Part shown: in pieces, positions 49,460 through 58,752 of the stretch
Layout: the number at the start of each line of letters is the position of its first letter
Position numbering within the stretch: the first letter of the stretch is position 1
Assembly: GCA_030037955.1 (NCBI GenBank)
Contig: JASHPT010000012.1
Span: forward strand, 2,429-66,428
DNA from: Thermoplasmata archaeon
Lineage (GTDB): Archaea > Thermoplasmatota > Thermoplasmata > Lutacidiplasmatales > UBA184
Length of the DNA stretch: 64,000 nucleotides
Direction: 5' to 3'
The notes under the pieces: generated by a model
Databases searched by the model: none
Told to the model about the DNA's origin: nothing
What the model saw: only the letters and a program-made list of their open reading frames with translations
Translations under genes and position numbers: made by a program

Positions 49460-50431
49460 ATGCAGGCGATCACCAGCCTGACGAGCGCCTTCCCGCGATC
49501 CGAGGCGCTCGTCGAGGCGACCCGAGATCTCGACCGGGGCCGGACCACCCCGGAGGCCGTTCAGGAGCTCTACCTCCGGACGGAGGCCGAGGTGGCCCGG
49601 CTCGAAGAGCGTCTCGGCCTCCAGCCCCGGACCGGTGGATACCTGCGCTGGCAGGACCTGTTCCGCCCCTTCGCCGAGTCCTGGGAGGGCTTCACGGTCG
49701 GCCCCCTCACGCGATGGTTCGAGACCAATCAGTTCTACCGGCAGCCGATCCTCCACGCCCCTCCGGCTCGGGTAGCCGGAGCCATCGCGAGCTGGCTTCC
49801 GCTGCCCCCGGGCGCCTCGGGGCCGCGCAAGGCGATCCTTCCGGGACCGTACACCTTCGCCGGCCTCCTCGATAACCGGTCGGGAGAGACCTCGGAGGCG
49901 CTCACGCATCGGTTGGGCCGCCTGCTCGCCGAAGAGGTACAGGAGCTCCGGGCCGCCGGCTACAGCGCTTTCCAGTTCCAGGAACCGTTGCTCGTCTACC
50001 GCCCTCCCGAGGGAGCCCGCGCCGAGGCCGTGGTCGCCGCCTACCAGGCGCTCACCACCGCCGCCGGCGGAGGGACCGTGGCCGTCTGGACCTACTTCGG
50101 CGACGCCCAGAACGTCTGGCCCCTGCTGAATCGATTGCCCGTGTCGCTCGTCGGCGTGGATCTCTCCGAGACCGACGCGCTGGCGTTGGCCCCGGCCCCG
50201 GAGCGACGGGGCCTCGGCCTGGGCGTCATCGACCCTCGTACGAGCCTGGTCGAGGACCCGGCGGAGGTGGTTCGCCTCGCCCGGTCGATCGCCGAGCGGC
50301 ATCACCCGACGACGCTGTGGATCGGGTCGGGTGCTCCCCTCGACCTGCTTCCCTGGGAGCCGGCGACGCGAAAGCTCCACGGCCTGCCCGCGGTCCGCCA
50401 GGGCATCGACGCGGCCTCGGGGGCCCGATGA
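49460..50431 (+). CDS. cobalamin-independent methionine synthase, N-terminal half (split MetE)
   Basis: FPRS, RWFETNQFYRQP, KAILPGPYT, QFQEP, TYFG; lacks Zn ligands. Confidence 0.8.
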   Translation: MQAITSLTSAFPRSEALVEATRDLDRGRTTPEAVQELYLRTEAEVARLEERLGLQPRTGGYLRWQDLFRPFAESWEGFTVGPLTRWFETNQFYRQPILHAPPARVAGAIASWLPLPPGASGPRKAILPGPYTFAGLLDNRSGETSEALTHRLGRLLAEEVQELRAAGYSAFQFQEPLLVYRPPEGARAEAVVAAYQALTTAAGGGTVAVWTYFGDAQNVWPLLNRLPVSLVGVDLSETDALALAPAPERRGLGLGVIDPRTSLVEDPAEVVRLARSIAERHHPTTLWIGSGAPLDLLPWEPATRKLHGLPAVRQGIDAASGAR

Positions 50432-51570
50432 CCGACCGACTGTTCCCGACGCAGGAGATCGGGAGCCTGATGAAGCCGCGCTGGCAGCTGCTCGGCCAGC
50501 GCGGGGAGGCCCTGGACGAGGCGGCCCGCGCCGACTTCGTCCACTGGAACGACCTCCTGCACTTCGTCCCGAGCGACGACCCGACGCTCCAGAAGTTCCT
50601 CGGAGACCGCTCCCGGGAGGTGGGGGCGGAGACCGTGCGCGACTGGGCCGCCCTGTTCCTGTTGCGCTACCTGGAAGCGACCGGGCTCGACCGCGTCTAC
50701 GACGGGGAAGCGCGGCGGATCGAGATGTACGAGTACCCGGTCCGCCAGATGAAGGGGTTCCAGTTCCTGGGCCACGTGCGCTCCTTCGACAACAAGTACT
50801 ACCTCAAGGCCGCTGGCACGGGGGAGGTCCGGCTCGACCGACCGTATCACGTCGAGGAGTTCGAGTTCGTCCGGGACCACGCCCGGGCCGTCCCGAAGCT
50901 CCCGATCACCGGCCCGTACACCCTGGCCGACTGGTCGTACAACGAGTACTACCTTCGGCGGCACGAGGGGTGGAAGGGACGCGAGGTACGCCGGCGGGCG
51001 CAACGGGACTTCGTGGTCGAGATCGCCCGCCAGGCGATCCGGCCGACCCTGGCCGCCCTCATCGAGCAGGGATGTCGTGTCATCCAGATCGACGAGCCGG
51101 CGGCCGGCACCCATCCGCAGGAGGCCGAGCTCGTCGCCGAGGGCTTCAACGCCGCCACCGACGGCCTGGACGCGGAGTTCTCGATGCACATCTGCTTCTC
51201 GGACTATCGCCCGCTCTTCCCGGCGCTGCTCGAGGCGAAGCGGTGCACCCAGTGGGCCTGGGAGTTCGCGAACCGCGACACCGACGGCCGGGATGGCTAC
51301 GAGGTCCTGAACCTGTTCCGGGAGTACGGAGACACCCGGCAGATCGGCCTGGGCGTGCTCGACCCCCATCGCGATGAGGTCGAGTCGCCCGAGCGGGTCA
51401 AGGACCGCATCCTTCGGGCGGTGAAGATCCTCGAGGACCCCCGACGGATCTGGGTGAATCCGGACTGCGGCCTGCGGACCCGGCGCCTCGAGATCGCGTA
51501 CGCCAAGCTCCAGAACATGGACCGGGGAGCGAAGCTCGCCCGAGCCGAGGTCGCCGGCACGGCCGGGTGA
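50428..51570 (+). CDS. metE: cobalamin-independent methionine synthase, catalytic half
   Basis: TQEIGS, DGE, ITGPYT, IQIDEPA, HIC, NPDCGLRT. Confidence 0.88.
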   Translation: MTDRLFPTQEIGSLMKPRWQLLGQRGEALDEAARADFVHWNDLLHFVPSDDPTLQKFLGDRSREVGAETVRDWAALFLLRYLEATGLDRVYDGEARRIEMYEYPVRQMKGFQFLGHVRSFDNKYYLKAAGTGEVRLDRPYHVEEFEFVRDHARAVPKLPITGPYTLADWSYNEYYLRRHEGWKGREVRRRAQRDFVVEIARQAIRPTLAALIEQGCRVIQIDEPAAGTHPQEAELVAEGFNAATDGLDAEFSMHICFSDYRPLFPALLEAKRCTQWAWEFANRDTDGRDGYEVLNLFREYGDTRQIGLGVLDPHRDEVESPERVKDRILRAVKILEDPRRIWVNPDCGLRTRRLEIAYAKLQNMDRGAKLARAEVAGTAG

Positions 51571-51577
51571 CCGCTCC

Positions 51578-52456
51578 CTAGACCGCCGTCAGCACCTCGG
51601 CGCCGCTCGGGCCCACCAGGATCGTGTGCTCCGCCTGCGCGACCCACCCCCGACCGGTCTCCACAAAGACGGGGTAGGTCTGGAGCAGGCGTCGAGCCCC
51701 CTTGAGCGCCGCTCGCTCGGCGGGGTCCGTCACCCATCGGGTCGTGAACGGAAGGGTCCGGAAGCGAGCGAAGGCCCGGGCCAGGGCCGGGTCGCGGTTC
51801 CCGGGGTCGGCCCGAAACCGCACGATGTTGCCGAACGGCCCGTCCTCGATGTGCCCTTCTCCGTTGGTGACGAACGGCTCGATGGCCACCACCTCGCCCT
51901 CCCGGAGCGACGCGGTACTGTAGCCGCCCACGCTCGGGATGGACTTGCCCGCGTGGAGCAAGTAAGGCTCGATGCTGTGTCCCGTGAGATCGACCACGGG
52001 CTTGAACCCCTGGGCGTGCACCGCTCGCTCGATGGCCCGAGAGACCTCGTCCACGGCGCCGTTCGGCCGAACCGCCCGGATCCCGGCCTCGAGCGCCTCT
52101 CGGACGGCCCGCACCAGCCGGTCATGCTGGTGGGTCTCCCCGACCTCCACGGTCGCCGCCGTGTCGGCGATCGCGCCGTGGATATGGGCCCCGACGTCGA
52201 CCTTGAGGAGGTCGCCGGCGGCCAGCGCCACCTCGTCCGTGTCCGACGGGGTGTAATGCGCCGCCTCCCAGTTCCGGGACAGGTTCGTGGGGAAGGCCGG
52301 CTCCGCGCCGTGGCCCCGGATGTAGGCCTCGATCTGATCGGCGAGCTCCCGTCGGAGCACGCCCGGTCGGGCGAGGCGGAGGCCAAGCTCCCGAGCCTCG
52401 CCCGCGATCCGCCCGGCCCGACGCCACGCCTCGAGGTCCGCAGGGTACGGGCTCAT
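51578..52456 (-). CDS. map: type II methionine aminopeptidase
   Basis: AFP.N.S, AAHYTP, KVD.G.HI.G.IAD, LTGH, AIEPF, AQAEHT. Confidence 0.94.
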   Translation of the reverse strand: MSPYPADLEAWRRAGRIAGEARELGLRLARPGVLRRELADQIEAYIRGHGAEPAFPTNLSRNWEAAHYTPSDTDEVALAAGDLLKVDVGAHIHGAIADTAATVEVGETHQHDRLVRAVREALEAGIRAVRPNGAVDEVSRAIERAVHAQGFKPVVDLTGHSIEPYLLHAGKSIPSVGGYSTASLREGEVVAIEPFVTNGEGHIEDGPFGNIVRFRADPGNRDPALARAFARFRTLPFTTRWVTDPAERAALKGARRLLQTYPVFVETGRGWVAQAEHTILVGPSGAEVLTAV

Positions 52457-52462
52457 GCGCGG

Positions 52463-53029
52463 TCAGCTCCGCCGGAGCACGGTCGGCCGGTTCCCCGTGA
52501 GCACCACGATCGTGGACGGTCGTCCGGACGGCGACGGCGCGCCAGAGAGGTAGGCACCGACCTCCGAACCGAAGATCCGACGACCGTCCCGGACCGACCG
52601 ACACGGGGGTTCTCCGTGTCGGTTCGCCGAGGTCGTTGTCAGCGGGCCCGTACGCGCGAGGAGGGCGCGGGCCGTCGGGTGGTCCGGGATCCGGATCCCG
52701 ACGGTCCCCGTCTCGCCGAGCACGGAGGGGACCCACCGGCGACGCGCCCGGGCGCTGGCCGGCAGCAGGAACGTGTACGGTCCTGGGAGGGTGCGACGCA
52801 GGAGACTCCGAGCACCGGGGGTCATGCGAACGAACGGCTCGGCCTCTTCGTAGGACGAGAAGGCGACCGAGACCGGCATGCCCTCGGGTCGGCGCTTCGC
52901 CGCATACAGGCGACGGACCGCGCTCGAGTCCGTGGGCCGTACCCCGAGGCCCCAGAGCGTGTCCGTCGGGTAGAGGATCGGCGTACCGGCTCGGACCGCG
53001 CGGACGGCGACGGCAATCCCGTCCGGCAT
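52463..53029 (-). CDS. threonylcarbamoyl-AMP synthase (YrdC/Sua5 family, short form)
   Basis: YPTDTLWGL, K.R, PGPYT, GIRIP, TSAN, PSTIV. Confidence 0.92.
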   Translation of the reverse strand: MPDGIAVAVRAVRAGTPILYPTDTLWGLGVRPTDSSAVRRLYAAKRRPEGMPVSVAFSSYEEAEPFVRMTPGARSLLRRTLPGPYTFLLPASARARRRWVPSVLGETGTVGIRIPDHPTARALLARTGPLTTTSANRHGEPPCRSVRDGRRIFGSEVGAYLSGAPSPSGRPSTIVVLTGNRPTVLRRS

Positions 53030-53033
53030 CGGT

Positions 53034-53492
53034 TCAGAAGAACTCCTGCTCCGCCCGGGCGTAGGAGTGGAAATCGTCCGGACGGAAGAACAGGGCGAGC
53101 TCGCGGTCCGCCGACGCGGGAGAGTCGGAGGCATGGATGAGGTTCGGCGTCATCGCGATGGCGAGGTCGCCCCGAACCGTTCCCGGCGCCGCGGTTGCCG
53201 GATTGGTGGCTCCGATCAACAGGCGGACCACCGCGATCGCGCCCCGGCCCTCGACGGCCAGGGCCAGGACGGGGCCGCTCGTGATGTGCCGGACCAGCCC
53301 CTCGTAGAACGGCTTCCCCACGTGTTCTGCGTAGTGCCGGCCGGCGAGGTCGGCCGAGACCCGCAGGAGCCGCGCCGCGACGATCGTGAGACCCTTGCGC
53401 TCGAGGCGGCCCACGATCTCCCCGGACAGCCCGCGCTTGACGGCGTCCGGCTTGAGGAGAACCAGCGTCCTCTCCGTTCCCGCTTCCGGCAT
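53034..53492 (-). CDS. ndk: nucleoside diphosphate kinase
   Basis: [38 protein letters not shown]. Confidence 0.97.
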   Translation of the reverse strand: MPEAGTERTLVLLKPDAVKRGLSGEIVGRLERKGLTIVAARLLRVSADLAGRHYAEHVGKPFYEGLVRHITSGPVLALAVEGRGAIAVVRLLIGATNPATAAPGTVRGDLAIAMTPNLIHASDSPASADRELALFFRPDDFHSYARAEQEFF

Positions 53493-53550
53493 CGTCGCTG
53501 GTAGGGGTGCGCCGACAAAAGCTTTGACGCGCGCACGGTCCGCCGAGCCG

Positions 53551-54327
53551 GTGCCCATCGAGCGGAGTGCCCGCGTGGGATTCGACCGTGCGGCGGACCG
53601 GTACGAACGCAGCCGGCCGCAAGCGCCACCCGAGGCCATCGAGGCCTTGGTGGCTACGCTCGGGCTGACCCTGCGCTCGACCGTACTCGAGCTGGGTGCG
53701 GGCACGGGAAAGTTCGCGCGGCTCCTGGCGCCGCATGCCGGGCGGTACCTCGCACTCGAACCGGTCCCGGGGATGCGGGCCCAGTTTCACCGGAGCCTCC
53801 CGGGCATTCCGCTGGTCGCCGCCGTGGCGGAGAGAGTGCCTGTCCGGACCGGCCGGGTCGACGCGGTCGTCGCCGTTCAGGCCTTCCACTGGTTCGATGC
53901 GGCCCGGGCGATGCGGGAGATGCATCGGGTGCTGCGGCCCGAGGGCCAGGTCGCGCTCCTCTGGAACACGCGGGACGAATCGGTCGATTGGGTGCATCAG
54001 GCGACCCTCATCCTCGACCGGTACGAGGAGGGTAGCCCGCGGCAATCCCGGGCGGGTTGGCGGCGGTCGTGGTCCGAGAACCCCGGATTCACGCCGCTGG
54101 AGGAGCGCCGGTTCTCGTTCGTCCAGTCGCTGGACCGGGCCACCACGATCGACCGCTTCCTGTCGGTCAGCTTCATCGCCAGCTTGGACGGGCCCCGGCA
54201 CGCCGAGGCCGAAGCCGCCTTCGAACGACTCCTCGACACCCATCCCCAGACGGCGGGGCGGCAGGTGATCGAGCACCCATACCGGTGTGAGGTCTACACC
54301 GCGCGTCGGCTTCCGGACGCGAACTAG
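53551..54327 (+). CDS. class I SAM-dependent methyltransferase
   Basis: [34 protein letters not shown]. Confidence 0.9.
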   Translation: MPIERSARVGFDRAADRYERSRPQAPPEAIEALVATLGLTLRSTVLELGAGTGKFARLLAPHAGRYLALEPVPGMRAQFHRSLPGIPLVAAVAERVPVRTGRVDAVVAVQAFHWFDAARAMREMHRVLRPEGQVALLWNTRDESVDWVHQATLILDRYEEGSPRQSRAGWRRSWSENPGFTPLEERRFSFVQSLDRATTIDRFLSVSFIASLDGPRHAEAEAAFERLLDTHPQTAGRQVIEHPYRCEVYTARRLPDAN

Positions 54328-54836
54328 ATCGCCGCCCGGTCACAGGTCGCATTCCAGGGACATCGGCCGCACCGTCCCCGACTCGGGGTGGCCCGGCCAT
54401 CGTAGACCATCGTCATCTCCCGGCGCAGGTCCAGGAGCTCCGCGCGCAGGACGCCGTTCCACTCGACCCGAATCTCGGTCCCGTCTCCGTAGCGAAGAAG
54501 ACCGTACGGAGGGGGCCGCCCGGTCCACTCCTCGACGAGGAGACAGTACGCGGCCACCTGCATCCGGTGAGAGAACGGCGGCCCGGACCGGGGGGCCGGA
54601 CGTGACTTGAACTCGACCGGAACCCACCGCCCATCGGGCCGCTGCCGGATCTCGTCCGGCCGGCCCGCCAGCGCGTAGCGGGACGACCGAAGGAGTCGCC
54701 CGGGAGACGAGGGCAGGTCCGACTGCACCAGCCGTCCCTCCCTCCGGAGCCGGTGGCTTCGGACGGCGACGAACGTGCCGCCGATCAGCAACGCGCCGCC
54801 GACGAGGAACAGCAGGTCGGCGAGACCGACCGTCAC
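54324..54836 (-). CDS. Cas4-like PD-(D/E)xK nuclease, C-terminal part with N-terminal TM helix
   Basis: TM LLFLVGGALLIGGTFVAV; GRPD, VEFKS, HRMQVAAY, CGRCPWNATC; GTG start overlaps upstream TGA. Confidence 0.85.
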   Translation of the reverse strand: MTVGLADLLFLVGGALLIGGTFVAVRSHRLRREGRLVQSDLPSSPGRLLRSSRYALAGRPDEIRQRPDGRWVPVEFKSRPAPRSGPPFSHRMQVAAYCLLVEEWTGRPPPYGLLRYGDGTEIRVEWNGVLRAELLDLRREMTMVYDGRATPSRGRCGRCPWNATCDRAAI

Positions 54837-55111
54837 AGTCCGCTCCCGAGGGCCCAGGCGAGTACGCAGAGCAGTATCCCCAGACCGAGCAGCCACCACA
54901 CCCAGCCGCCGCGGCCTTCCCAGCGGAGGCGCGACGTCAATTCCCGTTCGTGCACGAGACTCCCTCGGGAACGTGCCTCGATGCTCGCACGGGTCGGCCC
55001 GAGCGGCGGGGGGTGACGGCGGTACCAGAACGCCCGCGGACAGTACGCGTACTCCGCGAGGTCGCTGACGCTCACCCACCCGGCGGTGTGGGGAGGGGAG
55101 GCGCCGCCCAT
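54833..55111 (-). CDS. Cas4-like N-terminal module with C-terminal TM helix
   Basis: VSVSDLAEYAYCPRAFWY...G.LVH then WVWWLLGLGILLCVLAWAL; alternative GTG start at 55075. Confidence 0.8.
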   Translation of the reverse strand: MGGASPPHTAGWVSVSDLAEYAYCPRAFWYRRHPPPLGPTRASIEARSRGSLVHERELTSRLRWEGRGGWVWWLLGLGILLCVLAWALGSGL

Positions 55112-56466
55112 GCGGGTCGCTCGGAGCCTGTGGCGCCTTCAAACCGGGGGGTGGAGTGGAAGCTGTCGGAGGGTGGGTCGGGGGCGGGGCCCGGCCGGGT
55201 GGGCCCGGGCCCGGGAGCGGCGCTCGCGCCCCGGCCCGGGAATTGCGGCGACCACTCCCGCAGGATGAGGATCAGGAGCGCGAGGAGGCCGACGCCGAAG
55301 AGGCCGCCCAGGCCCTCGGAGAATCCGCAGGCGCCGCTCTGCTGGCACATCGGGAGCGCCACCGTCGCGTCGAGGATCCCCACCGCGCCCAGGGCGAAGA
55401 GCCACCGGCCATACGCGGGTCCGAGGAGCGCGACCGGTACGAGCCAGATGAGGAAGTTCTCCGTGAACCGCTGCGCCACGAGCGCGACGATGACGGTGAG
55501 GAGGGCGACCGCCGGAACGGCCGACCAGCGTCGGAGATGCACGAACACGATCCCGGCGAGGAGCGCGAGCCCCTGGACCGCGATGAGCACGTCGGACGGC
55601 GGCATCATGTGAAGCGGGATCAGGACGCCGAACTCGTTGATCGAAAGGTCGGCGCGGGTCAGCTGCTGACTGAACAGCAGGCTGTAGGCGTAGTTGCCCC
55701 AGACGAGGCCCACCATGAGGCTGAGTCCGCCGAACACCACGATCGAGATCGCGAGCTCGCGCCAACGGACCCGGCCCGTTCCCGAGAGACCGCCCCAGAA
55801 CGGGAACAGCGACGGAAACTTCACCGTGGAGAGCAGCCCCGCCACGGCGCCGGCGGCCGGATTGCGACGGAGCGCCAGCCAGATCCCGAGCAGGGCCGTG
55901 ACCGGAACGATCGCGCTGTGACCCCCCTGGATCGACCCGACCACCAGCGGAGCAAACACCGGCGTGGTCGCCACGACGAGCGTCGCATACCACCGCTCCC
56001 GGACCGCCAGCGCCCAGGTCAGCGGGATCAGGCTGAGCGCGACGGCATTCCACACCAGCCAGATGCCGACCCGTCCCCCGAGGCTGCCGAGCGCGTCGAG
56101 GAGTACCGACGCGATCCCGTACGGAACGTGCACGGAGTGACCGCACTGGAACGTGACGAACGGATTGATCCCGGCGAGGAGGTTCTGCCCGGACTGCAGC
56201 AAGGCGAGCGTGTCGTCCTCCCCGGCCGAGCAGGGGATCGGTGCGGACTGGATCCAGGCCGCCAGCACGAAGACCACGCCCAGCACGACGGCCACGACCC
56301 GCCAATCCCACGGGATCCTCCGGAGGGAGCCGAGCGGCCGGACGAGGACGCGGTCTACCGCGGCACGGAATGCGGCTGCCCGGGGCCAGCCGTAGAGGAG
56401 CACCAACCCGCCGACGACACCGGCGACGAGCTCGGGCGCCGACGCCGCGAGAACCGAGGAGGTCAA
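55072..56466 (-). CDS. polytopic membrane protein, GT-C/GT87-like glycosyltransferase
   Basis: About 12 TM helices; acidic EDD then G.NPF...PYG loop, VKFP, WLVP. Confidence 0.6.
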   Translation of the reverse strand: MTSSVLAASAPELVAGVVGGLVLLYGWPRAAAFRAAVDRVLVRPLGSLRRIPWDWRVVAVVLGVVFVLAAWIQSAPIPCSAGEDDTLALLQSGQNLLAGINPFVTFQCGHSVHVPYGIASVLLDALGSLGGRVGIWLVWNAVALSLIPLTWALAVRERWYATLVVATTPVFAPLVVGSIQGGHSAIVPVTALLGIWLALRRNPAAGAVAGLLSTVKFPSLFPFWGGLSGTGRVRWRELAISIVVFGGLSLMVGLVWGNYAYSLLFSQQLTRADLSINEFGVLIPLHMMPPSDVLIAVQGLALLAGIVFVHLRRWSAVPAVALLTVIVALVAQRFTENFLIWLVPVALLGPAYGRWLFALGAVGILDATVALPMCQQSGACGFSEGLGGLFGVGLLALLILILREWSPQFPGRGASAAPGPGPTRPGPAPDPPSDSFHSTPRFEGATGSERPAWAAPPLPTPPGG

Positions 56467-56528
56467 CGTTCACCCAGCAGTGGGGCGGTCCATACGACTT
56501 CCGCTCGCCCCTCTCGGGGGACCCTCCG

Positions 56529-56903
56529 TTACGTTGCGGGCTCGGTCGCGGCAGGCTTCTTGGGTCGCGGCTTCTTGGCCGGCGCCGCGGCCCCGGCCGG
56601 TGGGGTGGACTTCGGCTGGGCAGCCTTCTTGGGCGTCGGCTTCGTGCCCGCCTTCCCAGGCTTGGGCGCCGCCGGCGCTGGAGCGGCCTCGGACGTCGGC
56701 TGGCGGCGTTGTTCCGCGAGCCGCTTGAGCTCGTGCGCCCGGGTCCAGCGAAGCCGGTGGCCCACGCGACCGAGACCCAGCTGCTGCTTGCGGCACGACG
56801 AGGAGCAGAAGGCGAAGAGCGAGCCGTCCCGCTTGACGAACAGCTGGCCGGTGCCGGGTTCGATCTCCCCCGCGCAGAAGGAGCAGGTACGGTGGACGAC
56901 CAT
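56529..56903 (-). CDS. rpl24e: 50S ribosomal protein L24e
   Basis: CSFC..IEPGTG..FVKRDG...FCSSSC, LRWT. Confidence 0.96.
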   Translation of the reverse strand: MVVHRTCSFCAGEIEPGTGQLFVKRDGSLFAFCSSSCRKQQLGLGRVGHRLRWTRAHELKRLAEQRRQPTSEAAPAPAAPKPGKAGTKPTPKKAAQPKSTPPAGAAAPAKKPRPKKPAATEPAT

Positions 56904-56916
56904 CGGCGGAGCGGCC

Positions 56917-57132
56917 TCACCGCACCGACAGCTTGCGCGCTTCTCGGGCGGTCTCGCGCAGGACGAGTACGTCGCCGACGCGGATCGGTCCCATCACGTT
57001 GCGCGCGATGATCTTTCCGCGGTCCCGACCGGCGAGGACGCGGACCTTGACCTGGGTGGCCTCTCCGGCCATCCCCGTGCGGCCCACGAGCTCCACGACC
57101 TCCGCCGGGGAGCCCTTGTCTTCCTCCGCCAT
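56917..57132 (-). CDS. rps28e: 30S ribosomal protein S28e
   Basis: GRTGM.GE.TQVKVR, RNV.GP.R.GD, ETAREA. Confidence 0.97.
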   Translation of the reverse strand: MAEEDKGSPAEVVELVGRTGMAGEATQVKVRVLAGRDRGKIIARNVMGPIRVGDVLVLRETAREARKLSVR

Positions 57133-57163
57133 CGTCCGTCCCTCGGGTCGAGCTCGAGTCCCG

Positions 57164-57535
57164 TTACTTCTTGAGCGTCGCGAAGGCGCCGGTGAGCTCG
57201 TCGAGGATTCCCTTCGCCTCGCCGGCGTCGACCACGGCGACGCTCGCCGCCGACTTGGTGAGTCCGGCGGCCTGGCCGAGCCGCTGCTTCTTGGACACGT
57301 ACAGGTACGGGATCCGCTTCTCCTCGCAGAGCATCGGGATGTGGGCGAGGATCTCGATCGGGTCGACGTCCTCGGCCATCACGACCAGCTTGGCCTCGAC
57401 GCGTTCGCTCGCCTTCGTTACCTCGTTCGTCCCGATGCGGACCTTCCCGGTCTCCCGGGCGATCTGCACGAGCTGGAGGGCCTTGTCGGCGATTTCGGCG
57501 GGAGTCTCGAACCGGATATAGATCGCTCGCGTCAT
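57164..57535 (-). CDS. rpl7ae: 50S ribosomal protein L7Ae
   Basis: [28 protein letters not shown]. Confidence 0.97.
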   Translation of the reverse strand: MTRAIYIRFETPAEIADKALQLVQIARETGKVRIGTNEVTKASERVEAKLVVMAEDVDPIEILAHIPMLCEEKRIPYLYVSKKQRLGQAAGLTKSAASVAVVDAGEAKGILDELTGAFATLKK

Positions 57536-57544
57536 GCTTGCCTC

Positions 57545-57577
57545 GCGTCAGCGGGAACCCGAGCGGGGTCCCTCGGC
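57545..57577 (-). promoter_or_regulatory. kink-turn in the rpl7ae 5' UTR
   Basis: GCCGA-GGGACCC-loop-GGGUUCCC-GCU-GA-CGC: C-stem, 3-nt bulge, tandem GA/AG; adjacent to GAGG SD. Confidence 0.7.
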
Positions 57578-57651
57578 TCACGGGTGGAACGGTCGCTACG
57601 GCTCACGATATTTAACCCTGACATCCGCGCTCGCCCCGCGGCGGTCCAGCG

Positions 57652-58701
57652 CTACGGAAGGAGCGAGCCGGGGATGCTGCCGGGATGCTCGGCGAAGAAG
57701 CGCTTCGCCGGCTCCGTGACCCGCGCCAGGCCGGCCGCGACGGCCGCCTTGAGGTCCTGGGGATGCAGCGCACCGGACCGCCAGACCTTGAGGAACTCCT
57801 CCTCGCCGACGAGGTCGAGGGACCCGCCGTGCTTCGGGGCCCGGTCGACCGCGAGGTGGCCCTCCCACGGGATCACGACGTACCGTGCGAGCTCGACGAC
57901 CGGATTGCCGTCCACCTCCTTGGCGGGACAGTACGCCGCCGCCAGCCGGTCCGCGATGAGCTCGGGCTCGGCGTGGATCGGGATGCCGGCGTCCGGGTCG
58001 GACTTCGACATCTTCTTCTCGACGGTCAGGGACTCCGGGTCCATCCGGCCTCCTCCCTTGAGCGACGACACGAGCGGGGTGTGCACCCCGATCGGCACCG
58101 GCCACCGGTAGTGGTGCGCGACCTCGCGGGCCAGCACGTGCGCCCGGCGCTGGTCGACGCCGGCATAGGCGATATCGACGGGAAGCTGGAAGATGTCGGC
58201 GGCCTGCATCGAGGGGTAGAACAGCTTCGCCGTGTCGAGGTTCGCCTCCTCTTCGCCACGCCCCATGATCGGCAGGGCTCTCCGGGACCGTGCGAGGGAG
58301 GTCGCCTTCGCGACCCGGACCACCCGGTCCCAGTAGCCGGGCTCGGCCTGCAGCTCCTGAGCCCAGCGGAACCGCGTGCGCGCGGGGTCGACCCCGAGGG
58401 CGATGAACGCCTCCTGCATGTAGCGCCCGGCGTCCCGAATCCGATCCAGCGACCCGTCCAGCTTGTCGTTGATCCAGGCGTGCCAGTCGGCCAGGAATAC
58501 CGTGAGCTGGCAGCCGGCGTCCGTGAGGTCCCGCATCTTCCGCGCGGTGACCAGATGCCCGACGTGCAGGAGGCCGGAGGGCTCGAAGCCGATGTAGGCC
58601 CGGGGCGCCGACTCTCGCTCGAAGAGCGGCCGGAGCTCCTCCGGGGTCAGGACCTCCGCGGTGTTCCGAACGATGCGGGCGACGCGCTCGTCGAGGTCCA
58701 C
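57652..58701 (-). CDS. tyrS: tyrosine--tRNA ligase
   Basis: YIGFEPSG.LHVGH, ADWHA, YP.MQAAD, G.DQRR.H, KMSKS. Confidence 0.96.
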   Translation of the reverse strand: MDLDERVARIVRNTAEVLTPEELRPLFERESAPRAYIGFEPSGLLHVGHLVTARKMRDLTDAGCQLTVFLADWHAWINDKLDGSLDRIRDAGRYMQEAFIALGVDPARTRFRWAQELQAEPGYWDRVVRVAKATSLARSRRALPIMGRGEEEANLDTAKLFYPSMQAADIFQLPVDIAYAGVDQRRAHVLAREVAHHYRWPVPIGVHTPLVSSLKGGGRMDPESLTVEKKMSKSDPDAGIPIHAEPELIADRLAAAYCPAKEVDGNPVVELARYVVIPWEGHLAVDRAPKHGGSLDLVGEEEFLKVWRSGALHPQDLKAAVAAGLARVTEPAKRFFAEHPGSIPGSLLP

Positions 58702-58752
58702 GTTTGCGCGAGGAACCGCGGCTCTATTTATGCCCCCATGTTGAAACCCCCG

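Noticed and set aside
54324-55111. cas4 as part of a CRISPR-Cas locus, or as a frameshifted pseudogene
   Set aside because: No repeat-spacer array or other cas genes seen. Each half has its own TM helix, a clean GTGA junction and intact catalytic motifs, which a simple frameshift would not explain
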